From Diplonema japonicum (Eukaryota > Protista > Euglenozoa: Diplonemea): a stretch of DNA of 64,000 nt. Both the position numbers and the translations under genes were made by a program. Shown here in pieces: positions 45,132-55,158 of this stretch (positions are counted from its first letter, which is position 1; each line of letters opens with the position of its first letter). The stretch spans positions 310,001 through 374,000 of the forward strand of contig OZ025720.1 of NCBI GenBank assembly GCA_964019335.1. The letters are read 5' to 3'. The notes under the pieces are model-generated. The model did not search any database, had not been told where the DNA came from, and saw only the letters and a list, made by a program, of their open reading frames with translations.

Positions 45132-46829
45132 AGTACCTTCGGCCTTCTCAGGCTGTTTTTTGATATTCTCGAGCAGGATGGCGTAATTATACAGCACCCC
45201 TGCCTTTTTAGGGTTCAGCTCGATGGACTTCTTGTAGTACTCCTCCGCACCCTCGAAGTCTCTTATCACGTAGTTCAGAAGCAGTGCGTAGTTCGCCATC
45301 GCCTCTGAGTTCTTCGAGTCTGTTTTTTTTTATTTTTTTTTTTATTTTTTTTTATTTTTTGGAATTCCCAAACACCTGTTTCTATTGCCTGAAGGTACAG
45401 CTGTACTGCTTTTTGTGTAGTTGGGTTGTCCGACTCCAGCCCTTCAACGAGGGACTTGTTCTGCATGAGCAGTGCGTAGTTCGCAAGGAGGGAGGATGTT
45501 GCCTGTGCCGATGGCGGCGGTTCAATAGCCAGCGCCTCCAAGTAGTACCTCTCTGCCTCGGGGAACCTCCTCTCCTTGAGGCACTTGTTGCCCTCCTCGT
45601 ATGCGATCGCAAACAGTTGCCTCGCCCTGTCGGCCTTCTCATCGCTCTGTGTGGCATAAGACCCTGTTCCCTCCTCATACCTTGCCCCTGCCCGAGGTTT
45701 CCTCTGTCTTCTGCTCTGCTTCCGCTTCCGGTACTGCCTCTTCAGGCTGGCCCTTCTTCGGCGTGCCTGCTTCCCGTTCCTCCGACACCTCCTCCTCCTC
45801 CTCCTCTGCAGCATCTTGTGCTTTCTCTGTCCCTTGGTGTTCTTGCGCTTCTTCTGTTGCTTCCGCAGTTGCTTCTTCCTGTGCAGGTGCTTCTTCTTGT
45901 GCAGGTGCTTCCTCCTGTACAGGTGCTTCTTGTGCAGGTGCTTCTTCCTGTGCAGGTACTTCCTCCTGTACAGGTGCTTCTTCTTGTGCAGGTGCTTCTT
46001 CCTGTACAGGTGCTTCTTCCTGTACAGGTGCTTCTTCCTGTGCAGGTGCTTCTTCTTGTGCAGGTGCTTCTTCCTGTACAGGTGCTTCTTCTTGTGCAGG
46101 TGCTTCTTCCTGTACAGGTGCTTCTTCCTGTGCAGGTGCTTCTTCCTGTACAGGTGCTTCTTCCTGTGCAGGTGCTTCTTCTTGTGCAGGTGCTTCTTCC
46201 TGTACAGGTGCTTCTTCTTGTGCAGGTGCTTCTTCCTGTACAGGTGCTTCTTCCTGTGCAGGTGCTTCTTCCTGTACAGGTGCTTCTTGTGCAGGTGCTT
46301 CTTCCTGTACAGGTGCTTCTTCCTGTACAGGTGCTTCTTCCTGTACAGGTGCTTCTTCCTGTGCAGGTGCTTCTTCCTGTGCAGGTGCTTCTTCCTGTGC
46401 AGGCGCTTCTTCCTGTACAGGTGCTTCTTCCTGTACAGGTGCTTCTTCCATCGCCTCCGTTGTTTGCGGTGCTATTTCTTCTTCCGCAGGCACTTCCTGC
46501 TGTCCTGCTTCCTGCTTTTCAGATTTTTCTTGTGTCTCAGTGGGCTCCTGTGCTTCTTCGGTTGTCTGGGGGGCTTCCTCTACAGGCTCCTCCGCTTGCG
46601 CTTCTTGCTGTGTCCCCACAGGCCCCTCGGTCACTTGCTCATCCTCCTCTTCAGTAGGGGTTTCCTTTGTTTCTCCCGCTTCCTGCTCTTTTGCGTCGTC
46701 AGCCGTTTCGACAGCCGTTTCCTCTTCCTCCCGAGGGGTCTCAACCTTCGCCTCCCCTTCGTCCTTGTCTTGCTGGGGGGTGGGTTCTGGATCCGTGTCC
46801 GCCAGGGCGACGGCCTGCTCGTCGGACAT
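44443..46829 (-). CDS. TPR-repeat protein with long acidic N-terminus; introns 45680-45647, 45375-45320, 45136-45079, 44943-44889
   Basis: Repeated NYA.LL....D...AE.YY..AI...P TPR units in one frame after removing four GT-AG introns. Confidence 0.88.
45871..46448 (-). repeat. 18-bp coding minisatellite, about 32 units encoding EEAP[AV]Q
   Basis: Counted from the translation of ORF 45675..46829. Confidence 0.95.
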
Positions 46830-46957
46830 GGCACCTGACTATGCATGAGGAGGCAGGAACAAGGAAGGAAAAAAAACAATTACAACTACAGCAACAACTA
46901 CAGCAAGGTATTACTAACAACAAGAATGGGAGGGGGGGGGGGGTGTAATTAATGTAA

Positions 46958-47425
46958 TTAATAGTCTGGGCGTGGTGTGGAGGAAGGCAGCGACCTGAAG
47001 GGAAGCTGCGAACGGAAAAGCCCGGACCGGGAAGAAGGGGAGACGAGGGGTGTCGTCTCCGTGAGAGCGCTGATGGCACGGCTGTTGTTGAGGTGCTCGG
47101 CGACGTGGAGGGGTGTCTGCCCGTGGTGGTTTTGGGCCTGGACACTGGCCCCACCCCTGAGGATGTTCCGTATGGGCTCAGGGTGCCCCCCACGCGCGGC
47201 CCAATGTAATGCTGTATCACCGTTAACGTCGATCGCACTGGGGTTCTGACCCATATGGATGAACAGCTTCGTGACAGAGCTCCTCCCCCAAAAGGACATA
47301 TAGTTCATACACATTTTATAATCATCATCGGCGCTAGCTTCAGACAGTACATTCAACACCTCTACTTTATCCCCCGCACTCAGGCGCACTGAGTCGGAAG
47401 TTATACTTTCGTCATCACTGTTCAT
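46958..47425 (-). CDS. Small ankyrin-repeat protein (155 aa)
   Basis: NGDTALHWAARGGH and HGQTPLHVAEH. ATG at 47425 follows a pyrimidine tract. Confidence 0.8.
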   Translation of the reverse strand: MNSDDESITSDSVRLSAGDKVEVLNVLSEASADDDYKMCMNYMSFWGRSSVTKLFIHMGQNPSAIDVNGDTALHWAARGGHPEPIRNILRGGASVQAQNHHGQTPLHVAEHLNNSRAISALTETTPLVSPSSRSGLFRSQLPFRSLPSSTPRPDY

Positions 47426-47503
47426 TGCCCTTGATGAAGTATGCGAAAGGGTAAAGAGGTGTGAAAAAGGGGGAAAGGGAAAGGGGGTGGGGAGGCAAAA
47501 AAA

Positions 47504-47541
<38 letters not shown>

Positions 47542-48105
47542 GAAGAAATACTGTATATTTTTCAGCCCAATGAACTTTATCGGTTTTACAGTGTGCAAAG
47601 AGGGGAAAAAAATGGGGGGGTAGTATGTGTGTGGTTAATAAAAAAGGGCCCTCTTTACACCCCCCCCCCCCCCCCCTCTCCTTGATTTTACACCTTTCTT
47701 TTTTTTTTAAATTAGAACAGACATTTGAAAAAGCTGTTATACCCCCCATATTTCCCCCGGTGAGGGGACACTGCTGAGGAGAAAGAAAAGGGGAAAAAAA
47801 AGGGGGAGAGGGGGGGAGTGTGACTATATGAAGTAATGGATTTTTTCTCTCTTTTTTTCCCTTCTTTCCCCCCCCCCTTTTTTTTTCATGTCATCTTGGA
47901 AAAAAAATTATTTGCTTTTTTTTTTGTGTTTTTTTTTTTTACCCATCACAATAATAATAAAAAAAAAAGAGTAACGCCTCATATCGCTAAAATGACCGAA
48001 GATTTTTTTTGTTTTCCTTTTTTTTTTCCAGAAAAAAAAAAGAAAAAAAAAACCACTCAAATAAAAAAAAATCACGTTCGGGGCATTCTAGGATAGATGG
48101 TGTTA

Positions 48106-48139
<34 letters not shown>

Positions 48140-48246
48140 ATTCTTTTAAGGTATGCGTTTTTGCGCTCACCGGCCGCGCTGTTCTTAAAAAAAAAAAAAA
48201 AACAAAAAAAAAAAAGAAAAAAAAAAAAAAAAAAAAAAAACCTAAT

Positions 48247-48984
48247 TTAATGCGAGAAGGGACAAGAAGCCCCGTTCTTGCATAGGCTAGGGTTCGACGC
48301 AAAATACTTGCATTTCGGGGCCTTCTTCTGCAGGCCGATATGGATGAAGGGGCAGGACGTGCCCTTTGTACAGGTACCTTTGTTCCAGAACTTGCATGGG
48401 AGGCAGTTTTGGTATTGAAACTCAATCGCCTGAGGGAACGCAGGATTCTCCATCCACTTCCTGAAGGCAGGGTCAGCGAGAAGATGCTGAAGGAAGCGGC
48501 CCAAGGGAGGCTCTGAAGTCTGCGAAATGGGAAGAGATACCCAATGAGATGAGATCATTTCACTGTTGGGGTGACACACCACCTTGCGGGAGGCAGCTAG
48601 GGTATCAGGTAAAACTGCAACTACTCCTGCATGCTCGGGGGCTAAGCGAGAAAGATCCAAGGGGTACAGGGCGTACTTCCCACCACAGATCCAAATTACT
48701 GTGTCCAGTGCAGCTGTCACTCCAGCCATTGCACCCTCGATGCATCTATTTGTTTCTTCATTGAACTCTCTCACCGCAGTTGTCATCGCCTCGGTGTCTT
48801 TTGTGTCCCGCTTTCCGCCGAAAGTGCTTACACCGCCCGTGCGCTCCTTCCCCAACAGAACTTGCACTACCCCCCCTTCAATCCTCCAAGGAAGGATCCC
48901 CCCTGCTTTGAAACCCGTGTGCTCAGACGGCTTCAAACCTCCCACGCTCACATAACTCCCACTCAGATGGACCTTCGCACTCAT
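48247..48984 (-). CDS. Nudix hydrolase with two C-terminal CCCH zinc fingers (paralogue A, intact Nudix box)
   Basis: FGGKRDTKDTEAMTTAVREFNEET; fingers CKFWNKGTCTKGTSCPFIH and CKYFASNPSLCKNGASCPFSH. Confidence 0.88.
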   Translation of the reverse strand: MSAKVHLSGSYVSVGGLKPSEHTGFKAGGILPWRIEGGVVQVLLGKERTGGVSTFGGKRDTKDTEAMTTAVREFNEETNRCIEGAMAGVTAALDTVIWICGGKYALYPLDLSRLAPEHAGVVAVLPDTLAASRKVVCHPNSEMISSHWVSLPISQTSEPPLGRFLQHLLADPAFRKWMENPAFPQAIEFQYQNCLPCKFWNKGTCTKGTSCPFIHIGLQKKAPKCKYFASNPSLCKNGASCPFSH

Positions 48985-50058
48985 TTTTTTTTTATTCCCC
49001 ACCTTCTTTTATAAGTTTTTTTTTTTTTTTTTTTTTTTTTTCCCCGTGGAAAAAAAAAAAAAAAAAAAAAGATATACAGGGTGTGTGCGTGTTGTGTGTG
49101 TGCGGTGGAAAAAAAAAAAATAAATAAAGTTCCCCGAAAAAAAAAAGATTTCTTTTGATCCTTGTCTTTTTTTTTTTTTTTTTTTTTAAATTTTTTTTTT
49201 AATATGCGTGAGTGCGCATTGGCAAAGGGTAAGAGGGGAGGGTAGCGACATCATTCTTGTTGTAGTGTTTTCTTCCTCAGGGGAAGGGGGGGGGGGGGGG
49301 GGCAATATTTAGGATGCGTCCGCATAAAAGGGGGAGGGAGAAGATTTCAAAAGAAAAACGAAAGACATTGTATACTGTCTACACAGTAGAACGGGAAGAG
49401 GGCGGGAAAATAATGAGAGAAACAAAAGGTGTTTTCCTCCCTTCCCCCCCCCCCCCCTTGCTTTTTATTTTTATCGTCACCGTTTCGATGCATGGGGAAG
49501 AGGGAGGTATTAAAAAATAAAAAACAGTCACTAAAAATGAAAGATAAGTAGCAGCGATCCTCCCCCCTCCCCCCTTGCGGGCCTTAACGATAAAAGTAAG
49601 AAAACAAAAGCGCATTGACAAGAGGAACCTGGCCGATGTTTGCACGTGCCGGGTAGGCTAGAAACCTGGAGAAGTTTATAAACCAGTAAACACATTGTCA
49701 GCGTTCCTCGTTCTTTCAAAAAGAAATCCTCTTCAATAAATGAACCCCCCCCCAAAAAAAGAGGAACTAACCGTGCCGGGGAGAAGCCTGAAGTTTACAA
49801 CCCGTAAACACGTCCCAAACCTTCCCCTTTTGCTTAGACAAGCCAAAGACTTGTTCTTGCAAGAAAAGAAGAAAAAAAAATTGTTAGACCAAAAGACACT
49901 TCCCTTTTTTTCTTTCAAGGGAAAAAGTGCTGTTTTTTTTTTTTTTTTTTCTTCTTCTTTGAAAGCGTTCGTTTTCTTGTTACTTTTTTTTTACACTACT
50001 CCCCCCCCAAACACTCCCCCCTCCCCCCCCACCCCCATTCCCCCGTCTTCTTATTTAT

Positions 50059-50799
50059 CTAATGCGTGAAGGGACATGTAGCCCCCTTAGTGCACCGCTT
50101 TGAAGCGTAGAAGTGGCACCTTGGTGCCTTCTTCTGCTGGCCGATATGGATGAAGGGGCAGGATGTACCTTTTGTGCAGGTTCCCTTGTTCCAGAACTTG
50201 CACGAAAGGCAGTTTTGGTAATTAAAAGCCGCCGGAATGGGGAACGACGGGGTCGTCGACCACTGGCGGAATGCAGGGTCAGCCAGAATGTGCTGCAGGA
50301 AGCGGCCCAAGGGGGGGGTTGCCTCCGACTGGGTGACCGGGAGGGGAAGCCAGTGGGCGGCGGTGGTCTTAGGTTGGTTCACAACCTCGACCGAAGCAGC
50401 GAGGGCAACGGGCAGTGCGGCGATGTTGGCAGCATGTGCCCCAAGACGGCTGATGTCCAAGGGGTACAGAGCGTGCTTCCCACCACAGATCCACATGACA
50501 GCGTCAAGAGCACCTCTCACGTCACCGATGGCAGCTTCCGCGCATTTGTTTGTCTCGTCGTTGAAGGTCCTTGCTGCCGTGTCCATGGGGGTGGCGTCGC
50601 TGGCCTCCCGCTTCCCGCCGAAAATCACAATCTTCTTCGGTTCCTCCTTCTCTACCCCCACCAAGATCTGGAACACCCCGCCCTCCTCTCGCCACGGCAG
50701 GATCCCTGCTGACTTGTACCCCGTGACCTCCTCATCCCGCAGGCCCTCGTTGCTGACATAGCTCCCGCTCAGGTTGGTGGTCTTTGCTGGTGTCGTCAT
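50059..50799 (-). CDS. Nudix-CCCH paralogue B (degenerate Nudix box)
   Basis: FGGKREASDATPMDTAARTFNDET and two CCCH fingers; colinear with paralogue A. Confidence 0.88.
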   Translation of the reverse strand: MTTPAKTTNLSGSYVSNEGLRDEEVTGYKSAGILPWREEGGVFQILVGVEKEEPKKIVIFGGKREASDATPMDTAARTFNDETNKCAEAAIGDVRGALDAVMWICGGKHALYPLDISRLGAHAANIAALPVALAASVEVVNQPKTTAAHWLPLPVTQSEATPPLGRFLQHILADPAFRQWSTTPSFPIPAAFNYQNCLSCKFWNKGTCTKGTSCPFIHIGQQKKAPRCHFYASKRCTKGATCPFTH

Positions 50800-50818
50800 T
50801 GTGATGGACCTTGTGGGG

Positions 50819-50892
50819 CTGACAGGTAGAGTGAACAATAAAGACAAAAACAACAAAACAAAAACAAAAAAAAGGAATAAAAATGAAAGAGA
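50819..50892 (-). promoter_or_regulatory. Putative SL trans-splice acceptor filling most of the 93-bp spacer between two genes
   Basis: Directly after the upstream stop codon there is a U-rich tract of about 55 nt, then CTACCTGTCAG, 19 nt before the ATG at 50799. Confidence 0.55.
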
Positions 50893-53454
50893 TTATGATT
50901 TCTTCCTGTTGTTGATCGCCTGAAAGCCTTCCATTGCGCATGCTACCGATGTCAACCTGTGTTGTGTTGTGTTGTGTTGTGTTGTGTTGTGTGGTTTGCC
51001 TCTTTCTTTGTTGTTCAGCGCATACCCAAGCCGCGTCCTTCTAACCGGTGCTGGTGCTGTCTGCAGGCGCACCGAGGGCTCAACTTTACCTGGCAGGGCC
51101 TTCGGCCCATCGATGGCCGATGTAGTGAGAGGAGGTGATGACGGTCGAGGTGGTTGACCGCAAACGGTAAGAGAGTGGCCTGGTTGGTGGCAGAGAAGGC
51201 AATAAGGCGTGTCAGAGCTAGCCTTGAGGAGGTCGGCCCATGGGAGGGCTTTGAACACAGACATCTTACCATCGAGAGGGACACCTGGGACGTAGGCACA
51301 CCCCGCTTCGGAGTTTCTATCAATGTACCCCAAAGCGGTGAGGTTGAAGACCTTCTTCACAACCGCAGCGACCTTCCCTGGCCCCACGTCAGAGGGCAGC
51401 TCCGTGACTGTCATGGACTCAGCACCGCCAGTCACGCCAAGCGACACCCATGAGACCTCATCAGCCCCTACCTTCTCACGGTCCTCGTAGCTTTGGAGAG
51501 GGACTGTTGCCGTGTTGCTTGGCTTGTCGATGCGCACGAAGCCCACGTGGGCTAGGTTGTACTTTTCTTGGAATGTTTGCGACAACTTCCCTGGTGTGAC
51601 CCATGATCGCAAATCTGTGACCGTAACTTGGTAGGGGCTGTCCTTGCTCACCTTTCCGTTCGCGTTGCCGAAGCTTCCTGACACACCTGGCCCTGTTACC
51701 CTCGCTGCCCGTTTTTTCCCACTCTGATCGGTTTCAACCCACACTTTAACCTTCTCCCCTTCGACAAGCCTCTCGCCGCCATCGTCGAAGGCCTTCCAGT
51801 GCACGAACACACTCCCTTCGTTGGCGACGTCGACGAAGCCGAAGTTTTTGTCGCCCAGCCAGCGTGTCACAAGGCCTTCTGCTGCGGCAGCTTCGTCTGA
51901 TGTGTCGGGGGGGGCGTCTTGCGTGCATCGGCCTTCTTTTGTTTTCATTGCGACGCCCGGCCCTGTTACTTTGATCACCTTTAGCTTCCCGCTCGCGTCT
52001 GTTCCCAGCCACACCTTCACCTTCTCCCCTTCTACAAGCCTTTCCCCACCCTGCCCCATCGCCCTCCAGTGTGTGAACACATCCCCCTCGATCCCCTCTA
52101 CTGTTATGAAACCATAGCTCTTTCCGTCCAGCCACCTCGCCACAACACCGTCGGTCGCATCCTGGTCTTCGCTTGATGGCTTGCCTGCTGCCTTCATGGC
52201 TACACCAGGACCTGTAACACGCGTAGCGCGCAGCTTGCCGTTGTCGTCTGTTTCCATCCACGCTTCCACCTTCTCGCCAACCACTAGCCCCTCTGCGCTG
52301 GGGTCGAGTGCCTTGCGATGCACGAAGACACCGCCCTGCACCCCAGGCACGTCGAGGAAGCCATAGCCCTTGTCGCCGAGCCACGTGAGCACAGCACTTG
52401 GGACCCCCCTGTGCACAACAGCGTCCGTCATGTTGGTGAGGTGCACCTCCTCAACGCTGCCTGCACCCTCAACGCTGACGATGTTCCCGTTTACGGCGAC
52501 CACCTTGTGGTGCGAGTACGGGACGACCTTCTGCACCATCCCGGAGGGCCCGAACTCCACCTCCAGAAGCTTGAACGAGATGATGGCGCCCACAGCAGCC
52601 GTCTGCTTTGTGAGGGGGGCTGTCGCGGGGAGCGGCAGGGCGGGCGTTGCAAGCTGCTCCATCATCTGCTCTTGTAGCTGTTGTTGCACCTGATCAGACA
52701 CAGTAGATGGCTTGCATGGTGGCGCGAGCGGAGACGACGACGAGGAAGACGATGACGAGGACGACGAGGACGCGTCAGCAGCATCAGCAGGATCAGCACC
52801 AGCGGAAGAGGAGGAACAAGATGTCGCCTCATCCGACGACTCTTCCTCCTCCCTTTCCACTTCCTTTGCGTCCGTTTGCGGCTTCGCTGGCGTCAGGCGG
52901 CTAAGCGCTTCAAGGGCTCTCTGTTTAGACTCCTGCAAAGCATCGTAAGCAGGGGTCGCAGGCGTAGCAGGTACCGCAGCTGGGACTGGTGCCTTGGGCT
53001 TAGATACACGGCCAAGCGCTTTAAGGGTTTCTTGTTTGAATTCCTGAGAAGCAGGGGTTACGGGTGTAGCAGGTTCTGGGACTGGTGCCTTGGGCTTGGA
53101 GTTCCTCACCTCACTGGCAGGGGTGAACTGCAGCGGGGGGGGGACCGCTGTTTTGGGGGTAGCCTCGAGACGGGACTTCTTCCGGGTGCTGTGCCCGGTG
53201 GCAGGTGTACCTGCTAAGGCAAGGACCTCAACTGTGATTAGGTCATCAGGGCGAACCAGCCCTATGGGCTGCGAGGGTGGTAGACAAAACCCATCCACGC
53301 TGAGCACAAGGCTCCTCTTTGGAACATTCAACGTTTTCGCTACTGCGGCTATCAAGCACGACACCTTCACTGCCCCCTCGGGCACCATCGACCACATTTT
53401 CTGAGGGGTTTTCCCATCGCCCACCACCCGGACCCGGACCCTCTCCGTGCCCAT
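50893..53454 (-). CDS. Coilin-like protein fused to three cold-shock domains, RRM-like repeats and a CCHC knuckle; probable in-frame intron 51025-50957
   Basis: N-terminal LVLSVDGFCLPPSQPIGLVRPDDLITV resembles Coilin_N; VGAIISFKLLEV resembles the coilin Tudor-like domain. Three CSD units (W...K.[YF]GF ... VF.H) and CLLCHQPGHSLTVC. Confidence 0.75.
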   Translation of the reverse strand: MGTERVRVRVVGDGKTPQKMWSMVPEGAVKVSCLIAAVAKTLNVPKRSLVLSVDGFCLPPSQPIGLVRPDDLITVEVLALAGTPATGHSTRKKSRLEATPKTAVPPPLQFTPASEVRNSKPKAPVPEPATPVTPASQEFKQETLKALGRVSKPKAPVPAAVPATPATPAYDALQESKQRALEALSRLTPAKPQTDAKEVEREEEESSDEATSCSSSSAGADPADAADASSSSSSSSSSSSSPLAPPCKPSTVSDQVQQQLQEQMMEQLATPALPLPATAPLTKQTAAVGAIISFKLLEVEFGPSGMVQKVVPYSHHKVVAVNGNIVSVEGAGSVEEVHLTNMTDAVVHRGVPSAVLTWLGDKGYGFLDVPGVQGGVFVHRKALDPSAEGLVVGEKVEAWMETDDNGKLRATRVTGPGVAMKAAGKPSSEDQDATDGVVARWLDGKSYGFITVEGIEGDVFTHWRAMGQGGERLVEGEKVKVWLGTDASGKLKVIKVTGPGVAMKTKEGRCTQDAPPDTSDEAAAAEGLVTRWLGDKNFGFVDVANEGSVFVHWKAFDDGGERLVEGEKVKVWVETDQSGKKRAARVTGPGVSGSFGNANGKVSKDSPYQVTVTDLRSWVTPGKLSQTFQEKYNLAHVGFVRIDKPSNTATVPLQSYEDREKVGADEVSWVSLGVTGGAESMTVTELPSDVGPGKVAAVVKKVFNLTALGYIDRNSEAGCAYVPGVPLDGKMSVFKALPWADLLKASSDTPYCLLCHQPGHSLTVCGQPPRPSSPPLTTSAIDGPKALPGKVEPSVRLQTAPAPVRRTRLGYALNNKERGKPHNTTQHNTTQHRLTSVACAMEGFQAINNRKKS

Positions 53455-53792
53455 CTCCTGTGGAAGTGATTCATGTCATGTGGTGCAAGCTTTATAAAGA
53501 AATAAAGAAGTTTTTGAGTTCTTTCGTTTCAAAATGAACAGTGTGTACCGGCCTCTTCCTAGTGTGGCGATTTACGTTTTTCTCTTCCCCCCCCCCTTTT
53601 TTTTTTCCTCCTTAGAAACTTGTCCTTTGCGCCAACCTCCATTTACTCAACCTGAAACGAAAGAAAAACACGAGATAGGTGGGGGTTTTTCTTTCCCCCT
53701 TTTTTTTTCCTCCTTCCCTCCCTTCCATTTTTTGTTTCGTTTGTTTTCCCCTTGTGCGAGAAAGAGGGTGGAAAAGTTGGGACGAAAATCCC

Positions 53793-53860
53793 AAAAAAGA
53801 AAAAGAAAAAGAAAAAGAAAAAGAAAAAGAAAAAGAAAAAGAAAAAGAAAAAGAAAAAGA
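53793..53860. repeat. (GAAAAA)n microsatellite, about 11 units
   Basis: Read directly. Confidence 0.9.
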
Positions 53861-54232
53861 GGAAAACTAGTTTGGCTTCATAAAATAGCTCTCTTACGCT
53901 GCCATCAACTAGTTTTTAGTCTCGACAATAGTATTGTTAAAACAAAAAACAAAAAAAAAACTCCTTCACTTGTATTCTTGAAAAGAATGGAAGAAAAAAA
54001 AAAACAAAAAAAAAGAGACATTTAAGGGTACCTGCGGTATGTGGCAGGACGCCTTAAAAAGAAATCGGTTTTTTTTTTTTTTTTTCTTTTTTTTTTTTTT
54101 TCAACGTCAAAACGGCGCCATAAGTTAAACGGCGCTCTTTGTATGACCGGAAGAAAAAGAATAAAGGGGAAAAAAAATTATCATCTCAATAGTATAAGAA
54201 AAGTAATTAGTATCGGCACAGGGGGGGGGGAG

Positions 54233-54264
<32 letters not shown>

Positions 54265-54308
54265 GAATAACAACGATATCACCTTAATGCTGCTGGTGTT
54301 CCTCCCTC

Positions 54309-54917
54309 TCAGGCATCTCTCACCATGGCGGTGAGGGCACAGCCCCGCCAGTAAGCTGTTTCCTTCACAACAAAACCTTGCCTTTCATAAAACTTAATGT
54401 TCATAGGGTTCGAAGACTCCAAATAGTACGGCTTCGGCCCCTCAGCGTCGCGAATGGCAAGGCACTCTCGCATCATCAAACTACCATAGCCCTTACCATG
54501 ATGGGCTGAAGCAATTCCTACAACCTTCACATATCTAGTTTTCTGAGAGTACTTTTTTTGAAGTCTTTCCAGGATCCACAAGAGGGAGCTGAGGTATGCC
54601 CATGCGGTACACAACGAGGACCAGAGGCCCAGGTACTTACACTCCCTCATCAAGACCCACAGATCCGTTTGCAGGAACCAGAATTTTTTTTCTCCGAACA
54701 CGATGGCACCCAGGACTTCGTCCCCATCTTTGAGAACATATGTTTCCTCACCTCTGAAGTTCAGCTCGGCTTCAAACATTGCTTGAGTCCCCCATCGAAA
54801 CTTTGTCTTAGGGCTCCACACGTTATTCATTATGGGATCGTCCTCAAAAGCGCTCCTGAGGACGTGCACCACAGCATCATGGTCGTCAGGGTGGTACTTC
54901 ACTAGTACAGGTGCCAT
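54309..54917 (-). CDS. GNAT N-acetyltransferase 1 (puromycin-acetyltransferase-like)
   Basis: AFEDDP, VGIASAHHGKGYGS, YLESSNPMNIKFYERQGF. Confidence 0.9.
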   Translation of the reverse strand: MAPVLVKYHPDDHDAVVHVLRSAFEDDPIMNNVWSPKTKFRWGTQAMFEAELNFRGEETYVLKDGDEVLGAIVFGEKKFWFLQTDLWVLMRECKYLGLWSSLCTAWAYLSSLLWILERLQKKYSQKTRYVKVVGIASAHHGKGYGSLMMRECLAIRDAEGPKPYYLESSNPMNIKFYERQGFVVKETAYWRGCALTAMVRDA

Positions 54918-55158
54918 GTTTTTTATTTTTTTTTTGTCCCCTGAGTGCATATTCCGAGAATAAACGTGAGAGGAAGAAGAAGAAGGTAAGGGAATGTGGG
55001 GGTTTTTTTTTTTTTTCCCCACCCCGCACACCGAAATTTATCAATTTTTTCTCCGTCTTTCTTCGTAAACAATAATAATAAAACTCTGGGTGGTTGGTAT
55101 GATTACTGAAGACTCGTTGGTAGCTAGTGCAGGTGGTTGAAATTCTTTTTTTTTTAAA

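Noticed and set aside
45284-46848. Plus-strand Cys/Phe-, Leu/Val- and Ser/Cys-rich ORFs
   Set aside because: Antisense translations of the stop-free EEAP[AV]Q minisatellite.
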